64,000 nt of DNA from Marinilabiliales bacterium (lineage in GTDB: Bacteria > Bacteroidota > Bacteroidia > Bacteroidales > ML635J-15): contig PKTB01000002.1 in the NCBI GenBank assembly GCA_002869385.1, forward strand, positions 3,264 to 67,263, read 5' to 3'. Every line of letters begins with the position of its first letter. The first letter of the stretch is position 1. Below are positions 30,768 through 41,546 of the stretch, in pieces. A program made the position numbers and the translations under genes. The notes beneath the pieces were generated by a model, which had not been told where the DNA came from, ran no database searches, and saw only the letters and a list, made by a program, of their open reading frames with translations.

Positions 30768-31670
30768 ATGAACATAACAAAACTCGAAGATGTAATTCAG
30801 GCGGTTAAGTCTAAACCAAAAAAAAGATTATCTGTAGCATTTGCCAATGACGCTCATACAATTGAAGCTGTTAGCGAAGCAATTGATCTAGGAATTGTAG
30901 AAGGAATTCTTGTTGGTGATGAAAAAACCATAAAAGAAGTGTGTGCTAAGGAAGATATTGATGCGAATAAATTTACAATTGTTCAGGAAGCTGATCAAAT
31001 GGCAGCAGCTAATACAGCTGTTCGACTAGTAAATGAGGGCAAAGCTGATTTTATTATGAAAGGTCTTGTTAGTACGGATAAATATATGCGTGCAATTCTT
31101 AATAAAGAAACAGGACTATTACCTCCAAAAGCAGTTTTAAGTCATGTTGTAGTAATGGAATTGCCAACTTATCATAAACTTCTAGTGGTTACAGACGTTG
31201 CTGTTATCCCTGCACCGGATTTAAAACAAAAAGTTGCAATTACAAATTATGCGATATCAGTATCAAAAGCTCTTGGTATTGAAACTCCAAAAGTAGCAAT
31301 GATTGCTGCAACTGAGCAAATGTCAGCTGCAATGCCAGCTTGTGTGGATGCTGCTATTATTGCAAAAATGGCTGAACGTGGACAAATTAAAGGAGCATTG
31401 GTTGATGGACCATTAGCTTTGGATGTTGCAATTGATAAGGAGTCTGTGCAGATAAAGAAACTTAAGAGCTGTGTAGATGGAGAAGCTGATTGTCTTGTAT
31501 TCCCTGATATTGAAGCTGCAAACGTTTTCTATAAAACTGCATCAAAACTAGCAAACGCAGAATTGGGAGCTATGCTTGTCGGTGCTAAATGTCCAGCAGT
31601 ACTTACTTCGAGAGGTGATTCTGCTCAAACAAAAACTTATTCAATTGCTTTAGCTGCATTATCTGAGTAA
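30768..31670 (+). CDS. ptb: Phosphate butyryltransferase / phosphate acyltransferase
   Basis: 300 aa PTA_PTB family; directly precedes butyrate kinase. Confidence 0.8.
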   Translation: MNITKLEDVIQAVKSKPKKRLSVAFANDAHTIEAVSEAIDLGIVEGILVGDEKTIKEVCAKEDIDANKFTIVQEADQMAAANTAVRLVNEGKADFIMKGLVSTDKYMRAILNKETGLLPPKAVLSHVVVMELPTYHKLLVVTDVAVIPAPDLKQKVAITNYAISVSKALGIETPKVAMIAATEQMSAAMPACVDAAIIAKMAERGQIKGALVDGPLALDVAIDKESVQIKKLKSCVDGEADCLVFPDIEAANVFYKTASKLANAELGAMLVGAKCPAVLTSRGDSAQTKTYSIALAALSE

Positions 31671-31702
31671 TATATTAATAAAACTAAAAACTACATATAA
31701 TA

Positions 31703-32785
31703 ATGAATATTCATAAAATTTTAACAATTAATCCTGGATCAACATCAACCAAAATTGCAGTTTTTGAAAATGCGAAAAACATTTTCCTTAAAAATATCAA
31801 ACACTCTTCCGAGGAACTTGCACCATATAGCAGTATTACTGAACAATATCAGTTTATAAAAGAAACTATATTGAAAGCTCTCGCAGAAGATGGTATTGAT
31901 ATAAATACTATCACATGTATTGTTGGTAGAGGTGGTGTAGTTAGACCAATCCCTTCAGGTGTGTATGAGGTAAATGATGATATGAAGAAAGACCTTATTA
32001 TTTCTGCATTTGGTGAGCATGCTAGTAATCTTGGAGGCCTTATTGCTGATGATATTGCCCAAGGATTAGACAATGTTAAAGCATATATAACTGATCCTGT
32101 AGTTGTTGACGAGATGCATGATATTGCAAGAGTCGCAGGACATCCTGAATTTGAAAGATTATCTATTCTTCATGCTTTGAATCAAAAAGCTATCGCACGT
32201 AAATATGCATCTGAAAATAATGCAAATTACGAAGACCTTAATCTTATTGTTGCGCATCTAGGAGGTGGTATTTCTGTTGGTGCTCACTTAAAAGGCCGAA
32301 TAGTAGATGTTAATAATGCATTAAATGGTGAAGGTCCTTTTTCTCCTGAGAGATCGGGGACATTACCAAGTGGGCAATTAGCAGCACTTTGTTTTAGTGG
32401 CAAATATACTCATGATGAAGTGAAGCTTATGATTAAAGGAAAAGGTGGATTATCAGCTTATTTAGGAACAAATGATGCTTATGAAGTTGAGATGAGAGCT
32501 AAAGAAGGAGATGAAAAAGCACAATTTATTTCTGATGCTATGGCGTATCAGGTTGCTAAAGATATTGGAGCATACGCCACTGTTTTAAAAGGAGAGGTTG
32601 ATGCAATTCTTCTAACAGGTGGAATAGCTTACAATAAACAGTTTTGTACATTTGTTGATGATATGACTAAATTTATAGCACCAATGAAAGTGTATCCTGG
32701 TGAAGATGAAATGTCCGCTCTAGCAATGAATGGCTTATTGGTTCTGCAAGGAGAAGTTGAACCAAAACTATATACTTGTAAATAA
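31703..32785 (+). CDS. buk: Butyrate kinase
   Basis: Colinear with clostridial Buk: INPGSTSTKIAVFE, VGRGG, HASNLGG, LNLIVAHLGGGISVG, GEGPFSPERSG and LTGGIAYN. Confidence 0.9.
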   Translation: MNIHKILTINPGSTSTKIAVFENAKNIFLKNIKHSSEELAPYSSITEQYQFIKETILKALAEDGIDINTITCIVGRGGVVRPIPSGVYEVNDDMKKDLIISAFGEHASNLGGLIADDIAQGLDNVKAYITDPVVVDEMHDIARVAGHPEFERLSILHALNQKAIARKYASENNANYEDLNLIVAHLGGGISVGAHLKGRIVDVNNALNGEGPFSPERSGTLPSGQLAALCFSGKYTHDEVKLMIKGKGGLSAYLGTNDAYEVEMRAKEGDEKAQFISDAMAYQVAKDIGAYATVLKGEVDAILLTGGIAYNKQFCTFVDDMTKFIAPMKVYPGEDEMSALAMNGLLVLQGEVEPKLYTCK

Positions 32786-32851
32786 AAATAGTTGCCATAA
32801 TGGATGCGTATCTAACATGGTTTTCTGATATTTAAATTAAAAACATTAAAA

Positions 32852-33226
32852 ATGAAAAAAGTTATCAATACTTCAAATGCTCCTAAAGCAATAGGACCAT
32901 ATAGTCAGGCTATAGAGTCAAACGGAATGCTATTTATTTCTTGACAAGTTCCTGTGAATCCTGCAAATGGAGAGATCCCGGAGGGTATTACAGCTCAAAC
33001 AGACCAAGTAATGAAGAATATTGCTGCAATTTTAGAAGAAGCTGGTTATAAATTTGAAAATGTGATCAAATCAACTTGTTTATTGAGTGATATGGCAAAT
33101 TTTGCTGCGATGAATGAGGTTTATGGAAAATATTATCCTGAGAATCCTCCTGCACGTGCTGCATTTGCTGTAAAAGCACTTCCTCTTGGTGCTTTGGTTG
33201 AGATTGAAACAATTGCTGTTAAGTAG
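32852..33226 (+). pseudogene. ridA: RidA family reactive-intermediate deaminase; in-frame TGA at 32942..32944
   Basis: The ATG at 32852 gives [36 protein letters not shown], where the family consensus is F(I/V)SGQ(I/L/V)P. It is in frame with ORF 32954..33226. Confidence 0.85.
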
Positions 33227-33262
33227 TTAGTTTTAATCTATGTTTAATTAAATTAATTTATT

Positions 33263-34414
33263 TTGAAAATTTATATTGCCGCTTACAATAAAGTAAGTAA
33301 TCAACAACTTAAAAGTGCAAAATCTGCATTTATGGAAAAGTTCAGCGGAGTTCAGAACTCTGACTTCGTTGATGAAGACCCTGAAATTATATGGTTTATA
33401 ACTGGTGGTTCTGAACATAATGCTTTAGAACAAATTGAACCCCAAAAAAGATACTGCTTTATTGCGAATCAGGATGATAATTCTTGGGCTGCAGCTACAG
33501 AAGTAAAAGCCTTATTAAATGAGAAAGGAATTAAAACCAGAATATTTAATTATGATCTTTTAGAAAGTCTCGAAGACTTATATGTGTTTTTTGAAGAAGG
33601 AGAAGAATATCAAACAACTCACCTAGCTATGATTGGCAAACCTGAAAGTTGGTTGGTTTCTAGTGTTCCGGATTATGATTTACTAGAGGAAGTTCTTGGA
33701 ATAAAAATTTTGGAATTTGATTGGCAAGACGTACTTAATCAGGATGAATTTTCTGATAACGATTCGTTTGATAAGTATTTTGGAAAGCATGAGTTTGCTG
33801 ATTTTGGTAAAAACAGAAGCATGTTTAATAAGCTGATGAATCTAATCTCTGTTGAAGGTGTTTCGGCTTTGTCTTTTGCTTGTTTTTATTTTGTAGAGCA
33901 GAATGAATACACAGCATGCCTTCCGGTAGCAGCTTTAAACACAATGAATATTCCTGCTACTTGCGAAGGAGATCTGTGTGCAGCAGCAGGTATGATTGTT
34001 CTATCGAGACTTAAAGGGATAGTCCCTTGGATGGCAAATATTAATTATATCGATAAAGAGTACGCTATATTCTCTCACTGTACTGCAGGGTTAGATTTTA
34101 TTAATGATTTTAAAATCAATACTCATTATGAATCAGGAAAGGGTAGTGCAATAAACGGAGAAGCAAAAGGTGGCCAGGTTACTATTTTTAGGTTAGACCA
34201 CCAATTAGAATATTGTTACTTATCATTAGGTGAATTGGTTGATTCCGGCGATTTTATTACTGGTTGTAGAACGCAGGTAAAGATAAAAATGTCAAGTAAA
34301 GATTTATTTTTGCTTAGAGAGTTTCCGCTTGGTAATCATCATTTAATTGCTCATGGTGATGTAACTGACCCATTAATAGAATATTTTACAAATAAAGGTT
34401 TTAGAATTGTATAA
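33263..34414 (+). CDS. Hypothetical protein, possibly with a fucose/arabinose-isomerase-like fold (tentative)
   Basis: 383 aa with a TTG start. The C-terminal PLGNHHLIAHGD recalls sugar isomerase C-terminal domains. The assignment is weak. Confidence 0.3.
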   Translation: MKIYIAAYNKVSNQQLKSAKSAFMEKFSGVQNSDFVDEDPEIIWFITGGSEHNALEQIEPQKRYCFIANQDDNSWAAATEVKALLNEKGIKTRIFNYDLLESLEDLYVFFEEGEEYQTTHLAMIGKPESWLVSSVPDYDLLEEVLGIKILEFDWQDVLNQDEFSDNDSFDKYFGKHEFADFGKNRSMFNKLMNLISVEGVSALSFACFYFVEQNEYTACLPVAALNTMNIPATCEGDLCAAAGMIVLSRLKGIVPWMANINYIDKEYAIFSHCTAGLDFINDFKINTHYESGKGSAINGEAKGGQVTIFRLDHQLEYCYLSLGELVDSGDFITGCRTQVKIKMSSKDLFLLREFPLGNHHLIAHGDVTDPLIEYFTNKGFRIV

Positions 34415-34450
34415 ATAAAAAAAGTCCGCTAACTAAGCGGACTTTTTTTA
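34415..34450. terminator. Bidirectional rho-independent terminator
   Basis: An A-run, a GTCCGCT/AGCGGAC stem (34424-34430 / 34436-34442), then a T-run. It lies between convergent genes. Confidence 0.8.
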
Positions 34451-34466
34451 TTTAGCTTATATAATA

Positions 34467-34913
34467 CTATTCAGAATAAACTTCAAAGTCAACACTTACT
34501 TTGATGTTTTTATAAATTTTAACTGTTGCAGTGTAATTTCCAACTTCTTTAATTCCTTCACCTTTAATTACAATGTTCTTACGATCAATGTCAAAACCTT
34601 CTTTTGCAAGAATTTCTGAAAGCATAATAGTATTTACAGAACCGAAGATTTTACCTGTTTAGCTAGTTTTAGCCGGTACTTTAATTTTAAGACCTTCCAT
34701 TTTACTTGCAACAGCTTCTGCATCTTCGCGTAGTTTTGTCTCTTTATGAGCTTTTTGTCTCATGTTTTCTTCATGCATTTTTTTAGCAGTTTTGGTTGCT
34801 AAAATTGCATATCCTTGAGGAATGAGATAATTTCTTGCGTAACCTGCTTTAACATTTACGATATCATCAACATGTCCTAAGTTCTCTACGTCTTGTTTTA
34901 ATATAATTTCCAT
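34467..34913 (-). pseudogene. rplI: 50S ribosomal protein L9; in-frame TAA at complement 34659..34661
   Basis: [34 protein letters not shown]…KVPAKTS*TGKIFGSVNTIMLSEILAKEGFDIDRKNIVIKGEGIKEVGNYTATVKIYKNIKVSVDFEVYSE, all in one frame. It is third in the rpsF-rpsR-rplI operon. Confidence 0.9.
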
Positions 34914-34930
34914 AATCTTAGCCTCCTTTT

Positions 34931-35200
34931 TTATTTCATCAAATCAGTTACATATGGCAATAGAGCTAAATGACGAGCTCTTTTAACTGCCTGAGCAACT
35001 TTACGATGATACTTTAATGATGTTCCTGTAATACGACGAGGTAAAATTTTACCTTGCTCATTTAAAAATCTTTTCAAAAATTGAGGATCTTTATAATCAA
35101 CATATTTGATACGATTTTTTAGGAAACGACAATACTTTTTCTTTTTTACTTCTACTGCCAGAGGAGTAAGATATCTGATTTCTGAATTACTTTGTGCCAT
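34931..35200 (-). CDS. rpsR: 30S ribosomal protein S18
   Basis: KKYCRF…[48 protein letters not shown]. Confidence 0.95.
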   Translation of the reverse strand: MAQSNSEIRYLTPLAVEVKKKKYCRFLKNRIKYVDYKDPQFLKRFLNEQGKILPRRITGTSLKYHRKVAQAVKRARHLALLPYVTDLMK

Positions 35201-35202
35201 AA

Positions 35203-35556
35203 TTATGCCTCCTTCTGATTTTGTTCTTTTTTCATTCTGCGTTTTTTCTCACTGTATGCAACTGCATGTTTGTCCATTTTGAAAGTTAAGAATCTCATGA
35301 TTCTTTCGTCACGTCTGAACTGTGTTTCTAAGGTTTCAATAAATGCACCTTCCGATTTGAACTCAATCAGATTATAAAATCCTGTTGATTTTTTCTGGAT
35401 TGGATAAGCAAGTTTTTTTAAACCCCAATCATCTTCATGAACTATCTCACCTTTGTTATCGGTGATGACTTTCCTGAATTTGTCGACCGCTTCCTTCATC
35501 TGTGCTTCAGACAAAACGGGAGTTGCAATGAAAACGGTTTCGTACTGGTTAATCAT
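35203..35556 (-). CDS. rpsF: 30S ribosomal protein S6
   Basis: [19 protein letters not shown]…[17 protein letters not shown], then a basic C-terminal tail. Confidence 0.95.
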   Translation of the reverse strand: MINQYETVFIATPVLSEAQMKEAVDKFRKVITDNKGEIVHEDDWGLKKLAYPIQKKSTGFYNLIEFKSEGAFIETLETQFRRDERIMRFLTFKMDKHAVAYSEKKRRMKKEQNQKEA

Positions 35557-35600
35557 AACTCTTTGTTTTTAATTAATAATTCTTTATAAAATTTGAGCTG

Positions 35601-35608
35601 CAAAATTA
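35601..35608 (-). promoter_or_regulatory. Candidate -7 promoter box (TAATTTTG on the minus strand) for rpsF-rpsR-rplI
   Basis: The plus strand reads CAAAATTA. About 45 nt upstream of the rpsF ATG. Confidence 0.45.
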
Positions 35609-35722
35609 CTACAATTATTTAAAAGAGAAAACTTTAAAGCTACTTTTTTTGATAATTTGTTAGCATATCAAATTTTACTAATAATCAGTGATATTGTTTT
35701 TCAAAAAAGTTACATTTGCAAT

Positions 35723-36985
35723 ATGAAACGGATTTTGGATCAGATAGAACTATTTTTACTGATATTTACAGTATTTATGCTGCCGATTCATATTAAAATC
35801 ACTTCTCTTACAATTGGGGCATTATTTGTAATTTCATTATTGAAAGTTGATAATTATAAGTCGTTTTTAAATTTATTTAAAAGTTTTAAATTTTATATTT
35901 TGATCTCGCCTTTGATAGCATCAATTCTGGGGCTACTTAATACAGAGTATATTCCAGAGGCTAAGTCACAGGTTGAAATAGTACTTTCTTTAGCCGTTTT
36001 CCCTTTTATTTTTACATCATTCTCAAACAATCAAATACCAAAGAAAATATAATATTTACTTAGTTTTTATTTAATAAGTATTGTTTTTGCTTATTTTATA
36101 TGTCTTGCCGTTGCTGTCCCTCATTATTTTCGATCAAGAGATATAGATGTTTTCTTTTATTCCCATTTTAGTTCTATAATAAAAGGGCCTCATCATCTCT
36201 CTTATTATGTTTTGTTTGCGATATTTTTATTGGTATTTAATATTATTAAAAAACTTGAGCTATTTACTAGAGAGTCAAAACAATTAAGAGTATTTAAGTA
36301 TGTTAGTTTGATAATAATGATCTTGTTTTTATTCCAATTGTCAAGTAAGATTACTATTTTATTACTTGTGATTTTCTTTATGATCATGATAGTTTATATA
36401 GCAAGAAATAAAATACTAAACTACAAGCAGATTATAACGATTAGTGTGGTGATGATTGGAATGTTTGCTTTGATGTTTTGTATGCCAAAACCACGAGCCA
36501 GATTCTTAAGCATGTATCATTCTGCAATTGATTTCAAAGTGAGTAAAAAAAGTCAGGAATCAACCAAGCTTAGGTATGCAGCTATCAATGCTGGTTATCA
36601 TTTAATACAAGAAAATTTTTGGACAGGTGTTGGCACAGGCGATTTGTCGACAGAGATGAGTGAATATTACAAAGAAAATGGAATTAAATGAGCATATATT
36701 CAGCACATTTCACCACATAATCAGTTTATGCGGACATTCGTTATGTACGGAATTTTTGGTTTTCTTGGTCTTATATTGTTGTTTGTAGTTATGATAACTG
36801 ATGCAGTTAGAACTAAAAATACAATATACTTATTTTTGTCTGTTTTAATGGTGTTTTTATTTGCTGTTGAAGATATGTTTATGATTCAGGATGGTGTTGT
36901 GTTTTTTGCGATGTTTACATCATTTTATATGTTTGCATTTGATTTTTTAAAAATTAAAAGAAAGGTTGTGAGGGTTAATGAATAA
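35723..36985 (+). pseudogene. O-antigen ligase / Wzy_C family membrane protein, paralog 1; in-frame TAA at 36050..36052 and TGA at 36689..36691
   Basis: ORFs 35657..36052, 36212..36691 and 36728..36985 are all in one frame with no other stops between them. Multi-TM, with the Wzy_C-type motif SPHNQFMRTFVMYGIFGFLGL. I start it at the ATG at 35723. Confidence 0.7.
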
Positions 36986-38255
36986 GGTTCTTGATTATAT
37001 TGATTTTTATGTATACGTTTTAATAGCGTTTTTAATTCCTGTTTTCTCAAAAGCAATTCCTATTCTTATAGTGTTTTTAATTCTTACTACTTTTTTGAGA
37101 ATTTCTACATATAAGAATTTGTTTAAGCTTTTAAAATCAATCGATTTCTATATTTTGATTGCACCATTTTTGCTAATAGTTATAGGTTATTTCTATTCAA
37201 CAAATCGTCCCGAAGCATTTGTAAATATAGAAACGGGGTCATCTTTAATAATTTTTCCATTCATTCTTTATTTTAGCCGGAATAATCATCTTAAGGAAAA
37301 GTTTAATTGGATTTTTAAGGCTTTTGTAATAAGTGTTTTATTTTCGTATGTCATCTTATGGGTTGAGGCTTTACCAAAGTATCTTGAAAATGGAGATGCC
37401 TTTTTTCTTTATTATACAAGCTTTAGTAAGATAATAAAAACACCTAATCACCTTTCTTATAATGTGCTATTTGCTGTAGTAATAGTTCTTCTAAATTTAT
37501 TTGGGATTGAAGATTTACTTATTAAGAAACGAAGTAAATTCTCGATTTTTATCAATTTATTTCTCTTTTTAGTATTATCGGTTTACCTATTCCAACTTGT
37601 AGCAAAATAAACAATTTTTATTTACTTATTGATCATCCTATTAGTATTGGCAATTTCGTATTATAAAAAGATTATTAAAACATATGCTTTAGCAACATTA
37701 TTAATTTTTGTTATAGGTCTTTCATTATCAATGCTTGCTATTCCTAGAGTAAAAACAAGATTTACTAATTTGATTGAACTTGTTGTTAATAGGGATAAAG
37801 TAGATTACACGCAACAAGAGTCATCTACAATGCGTTTTTCTGCAATGAAGTCCAGTGTTGAGATTATAAAAGAGAATTGGCTAATTGGAGTTGGCCCCGG
37901 AGATGTTGTCGATGAGCTGGAATTAAGTTACGAAAGAAATAATTTTAGAGCAGCAGAATGTAAACACACTAATCCGCATAATCAATTCTTACGATCATTT
38001 TTAATGTCCGGTATTTTTGGACTAATTTCATTTATATTGATATTTTATATTCTATTCAGAAATGGGATTAAAAAGAAAAGCGTTTTAGCATTTTTATGGT
38101 CATTTATAATGTTGATTATATTTTTGGTTGATGATATGTTCATTTTTCGAGATGGAGTTGTTTATTTTGCTTTTTTTACTTCATATTTCATTTTTATTCA
38201 TCCAAAATCTAAGGCATTTATCGAAAAGAATAATACAATAAGTTCGCAAACATAA
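36978..38255 (+). pseudogene. O-antigen ligase / Wzy_C family membrane protein, paralog 2; in-frame TAA at 37608..37610
   Basis: ORFs 36978..37610 and 37629..38255 share a frame (LFQLVAK*TIFIYLLIILLV). It is colinear with paralog 1 (LFQLSSKITILLLV; NPHNQFLRSFLMSGIFGLISF). Confidence 0.7.
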
Positions 38256-38276
38256 GAGTAATAACTACTTTTAATC

Positions 38277-39083
38277 ATGATTCAAAAAATTACCAGCAAT
38301 AAAAATAAATTAATCCGTAATGTAATTTTATTACAATCAAAATCACGTGAAAGAAAGAAGCAAAATCTTATTGTTATAGAAGGTCGCAAAGAGATAGAGC
38401 TTGCTTTTCAATCGGGAATTAATGTTAAACAGTTATTGTATTGCAATGAGATTATTTCAAGTTCGGAAGTCCAAAAAATGTTCGAGAATTTAAGTAATGA
38501 TATTCAATATTTCGAAGTTAGCCGTGATGTTTTCTCAAAAATTTCATATCGTGAAACTACTGGCGGGCTAGTTGCTATTGCAGAAACTCCTGAAAAAAAT
38601 CTATGTGATTTAAAAATTACTGGAAAATCTGTTTTTGTAATATTGGAGTCAGTTGAGAAACCTGGTAATCTTGGTGCAATAGCCAGAATCGCTGATGGCT
38701 CAGGTATTGATGGTGTTATTGTTACAGAGCCTCTAACAGATATTTATAATCCTAATGCTATTAGGGCTAGCTTAGGATGTGTTTTTACAAACGATATTAT
38801 TGTTGCTGAATTTTCGGATGTAATTGATTGGTTACAGAAGAACAAAATAAAGTCGTATGCTGCAGAGCTTAAAGCTTCGGAGCTTTATCATAAAGCCGAT
38901 ATTCAAGGAAATGTTGCATTTGTCTTTTGAACAGAGGCAACAGGATTAACAGATAGGTGGATTAATGCTTGTGATTATAGAATAAAAATACCAATGCTGG
39001 GATATATTGATTCATTAAATGTGTCAGCTTCTGTTGCAGTTGTTGTCTACGAAGCAATGAGACAACGTAATTTTTTGGTTTGA
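38277..39083 (+). pseudogene. TrmH/SpoU family RNA 2'-O-methyltransferase; in-frame TGA at 38928..38930
   Basis: LESVEKPGNLGAIARIADGSG, then NVAFVF*TEATGLTDRW…IPMLGYIDSLNVSASVAVVVYE, where the SpoU motif is (V/L)FG(S/N/T)E..G(L/I). The frame ends at a TGA at 39081..39083. Confidence 0.85.
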
Positions 39084-39125
39084 TTATTGTATAAATGAAT
39101 ATGAAATACATAAAAAACTAAACAG

Positions 39126-39554
39126 ATGAAAAAGTTAGCATTTATAATATTGTTTTTTATTTCAATAGGAGTAATGGCTCAAACGAGCGAATTTGCAAAA
39201 TTAATTGATAAGACAAAACAGAGTTATTTAGACCGAGGATATGAACTCATTGCTCAAAAGAGCGACTCAATAGTGTCCGGAGTACCTTTGGTAAGCCCTG
39301 AAATAAATCTTGATTATAAAACTTATTATATTGTACTTGTTCAACTTGATGGTTGTTTTTATTGTGAGTATGATATTCAATTTGTTGACGATAAAGATTA
39401 TCTTTTTGAACTTGATTATGAGTTTCTTGTAGAAGATGGACTTAAGCAAGGAGTTTATAAGTTCAATAACGAGCAAAATACTACTGGAAAGTATGTCGTA
39501 TTTTTAGATTCAGACCTGCCATATTATGCTAATATCTTTATTTTTAAAAAATAA
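39126..39554 (+). CDS. Hypothetical secreted protein
   Basis: Signal peptide MKKLAFIILFFISIGVMAQ. No family recognised. Confidence 0.4.
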   Translation: MKKLAFIILFFISIGVMAQTSEFAKLIDKTKQSYLDRGYELIAQKSDSIVSGVPLVSPEINLDYKTYYIVLVQLDGCFYCEYDIQFVDDKDYLFELDYEFLVEDGLKQGVYKFNNEQNTTGKYVVFLDSDLPYYANIFIFKK

Positions 39555-39613
39555 TTGTTGAGCATATAAATACATCTAACTGATTTTTTTTAACTTTATA
39601 GAAATTTGTTCTT

Positions 39614-39820
39614 ATGGAATATGGAATAAAATTCTATTTAGCTATTATCCCAATAGTTTTAATTAATTTGGGGCTAGTAATATGGTCTGTTATTGATTGG
39701 AGTAAACGAAGTAAATTTAAGTTAATTACAAAGAATGTTTGGCTTATTATAATTCTGTTTATTCAGTTTGTAGGTCCTATATTATATCTGTTAATGGGGA
39801 GGGATAATGATGGTGATTAG
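39614..39820 (+). CDS. Small membrane protein, PLDc_N (phospholipase-D-nuclease N-terminal) family
   Basis: 68 aa with 2 TM helices. Pattern SVIDW…K..WLIIILFIQFVGPILYLLMGR. Confidence 0.6.
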   Translation: MEYGIKFYLAIIPIVLINLGLVIWSVIDWSKRSKFKLITKNVWLIIILFIQFVGPILYLLMGRDNDGD

Positions 39821-40748
39821 TTGTTCGGAGCTCACAAAATATTACTCCGGCGAAAAAATACCTGCAATAAAAAAACTAAATCTTGATGTAGCAAAAGGTG
39901 CAGTGTTTGGTTTTCTTGGTCCTAATGGAGCAGGGAAAACTACTACTATAAAAATACTTACAGGTCAGATGTCTCCGGATTTAGGTAAAGTGTACATATT
40001 AGATTCGGAAATGACAGTTAAATCCATTGATATTAAGAGAAAGATTGGATATATTGGTCAGGACCATATGATGTACTCATGGATGAAATCTGAGGAACTT
40101 TTGCTTTTTGTTGGAAGTATTTTTGGTCTTTCAAAGTCAGATGCAAAAAGCAGAGCAAAAAACCTGCTTGATATTTCTGGTTTAAGTCAAGCAAAAAATA
40201 AAAGAGTCTCTGCTTTGTCGGGTGGTATGAAACAACGTTTGGGAATTGCACAAGCTATGATGGGCAAACCCGAAGTTTTGTTTTTGGATGAGCCTACTTC
40301 TGCACTAGATCCTATTGGAAGAAAAGAGGTTTTGAATTTTATTCATGAAATTAAAGATGAAACAACAGTTTTTATGTCGACACATATTCTTGAGGATGTT
40401 GAAAGAGTATGCGATACAGTTGCAATAATTGATAATGGTGAAATTATAATTCAGGAAGAGACTAAAAACTTAAAAGAGAAATTTTCAAATAATATCATTG
40501 AATTAGAATTTGCAAATCAAAATGAACTTGAAACTTTAAAGAAAATTGTAAATAATAGACCTGATTTAGGAGAGATTATTAACGAAAGTTCAGAATTCCT
40601 TGTTATTCATCCCAAAGATATCGATTACTCTAGGAAAGGTTTTCTGGATGAAATTAGTAGAAACAATATTGGTTTGTTAAGGTTTGAATTATCAAAACCC
40701 AGCCTTGAGGATATTTTCGTAAAACTGGTAGAAGGTAAGAATGAATAA
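39807..40748 (+). CDS. ABC transporter ATP-binding protein
   Basis: Walker A GPNGAGKTT, signature LSGGMKQRL, Walker B LFLDEPTSALD. Confidence 0.9.
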   Translation: MMVISCSELTKYYSGEKIPAIKKLNLDVAKGAVFGFLGPNGAGKTTTIKILTGQMSPDLGKVYILDSEMTVKSIDIKRKIGYIGQDHMMYSWMKSEELLLFVGSIFGLSKSDAKSRAKNLLDISGLSQAKNKRVSALSGGMKQRLGIAQAMMGKPEVLFLDEPTSALDPIGRKEVLNFIHEIKDETTVFMSTHILEDVERVCDTVAIIDNGEIIIQEETKNLKEKFSNNIIELEFANQNELETLKKIVNNRPDLGEIINESSEFLVIHPKDIDYSRKGFLDEISRNNIGLLRFELSKPSLEDIFVKLVEGKNE

Positions 40749-41505
40749 AAAACTATTTTTCATATTGTTAAAAAAAGAGCTACGCGAGCAATTGCGAAAT
40801 TCTAAATTACTTGTGGTTCTTGCTGTTTTCTTTTTCTTTGGAATTGTATCACCCATTACTGCGATGTTTATGCCCGATATTATCGCAGGAATTTCTGATT
40901 CACAAAATATACAGATTGAAATCCCGGAACCTGTATGGCAAGATGCAGTTAGTCAATATTTAAAAAATCTTACTCAAATGGGTTCATTCATTCTCATTAT
41001 TGTATTTATGGGAATAGTTTCAAAAGAAAAGGAATCAGGCTCGTTAATTTTTTTGATTGTTAAACCAGTTAGTCGATCTGTATTTCTGCATGCAAAGTAT
41101 TCATCAGTAGCGATAACAGCATTAGCGGGAATGTTAATAGCATACTTGTCATCTAGCTTTTATACATTTTTATTTTTTGATAGATTTGATTTACTAGCAT
41201 TTTCAAAAATAAACCTGATGATGTTTGAATATGTTTTATCTGTATTGGTTATTACAGTATTTTTTAGCTCTTTGTTTAAATCACAGATATTAGCCGGAGT
41301 TTTAAGCTTTGCGTCATATCTGATTTTTAATCTGCTTTCGCAAGTTGAATCTTTAGGTAAATTCTTACATGGTGGAATTTTAACTCAGACAAATAATGTA
41401 TTGTCTGAATCTCCAATTGATTATACAGTTTTTGTTTCAAGTCTTGCAATAATGATATTATGTATATTTATTTCATCAATTGTTTTTAAACGTTGGGAAC
41501 CTTAA
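40741..41505 (+). CDS. ABC-2 type transporter permease
   Basis: 254 aa, 6 TM helices, with a start overlapping the ATPase stop. Confidence 0.7.
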   Translation: MNKKLFFILLKKELREQLRNSKLLVVLAVFFFFGIVSPITAMFMPDIIAGISDSQNIQIEIPEPVWQDAVSQYLKNLTQMGSFILIIVFMGIVSKEKESGSLIFLIVKPVSRSVFLHAKYSSVAITALAGMLIAYLSSSFYTFLFFDRFDLLAFSKINLMMFEYVLSVLVITVFFSSLFKSQILAGVLSFASYLIFNLLSQVESLGKFLHGGILTQTNNVLSESPIDYTVFVSSLAIMILCIFISSIVFKRWEP

Positions 41506-41546
41506 TGAAAGAAATCTGTTATAGTTAAAAATTAGTCTTTTTAACT

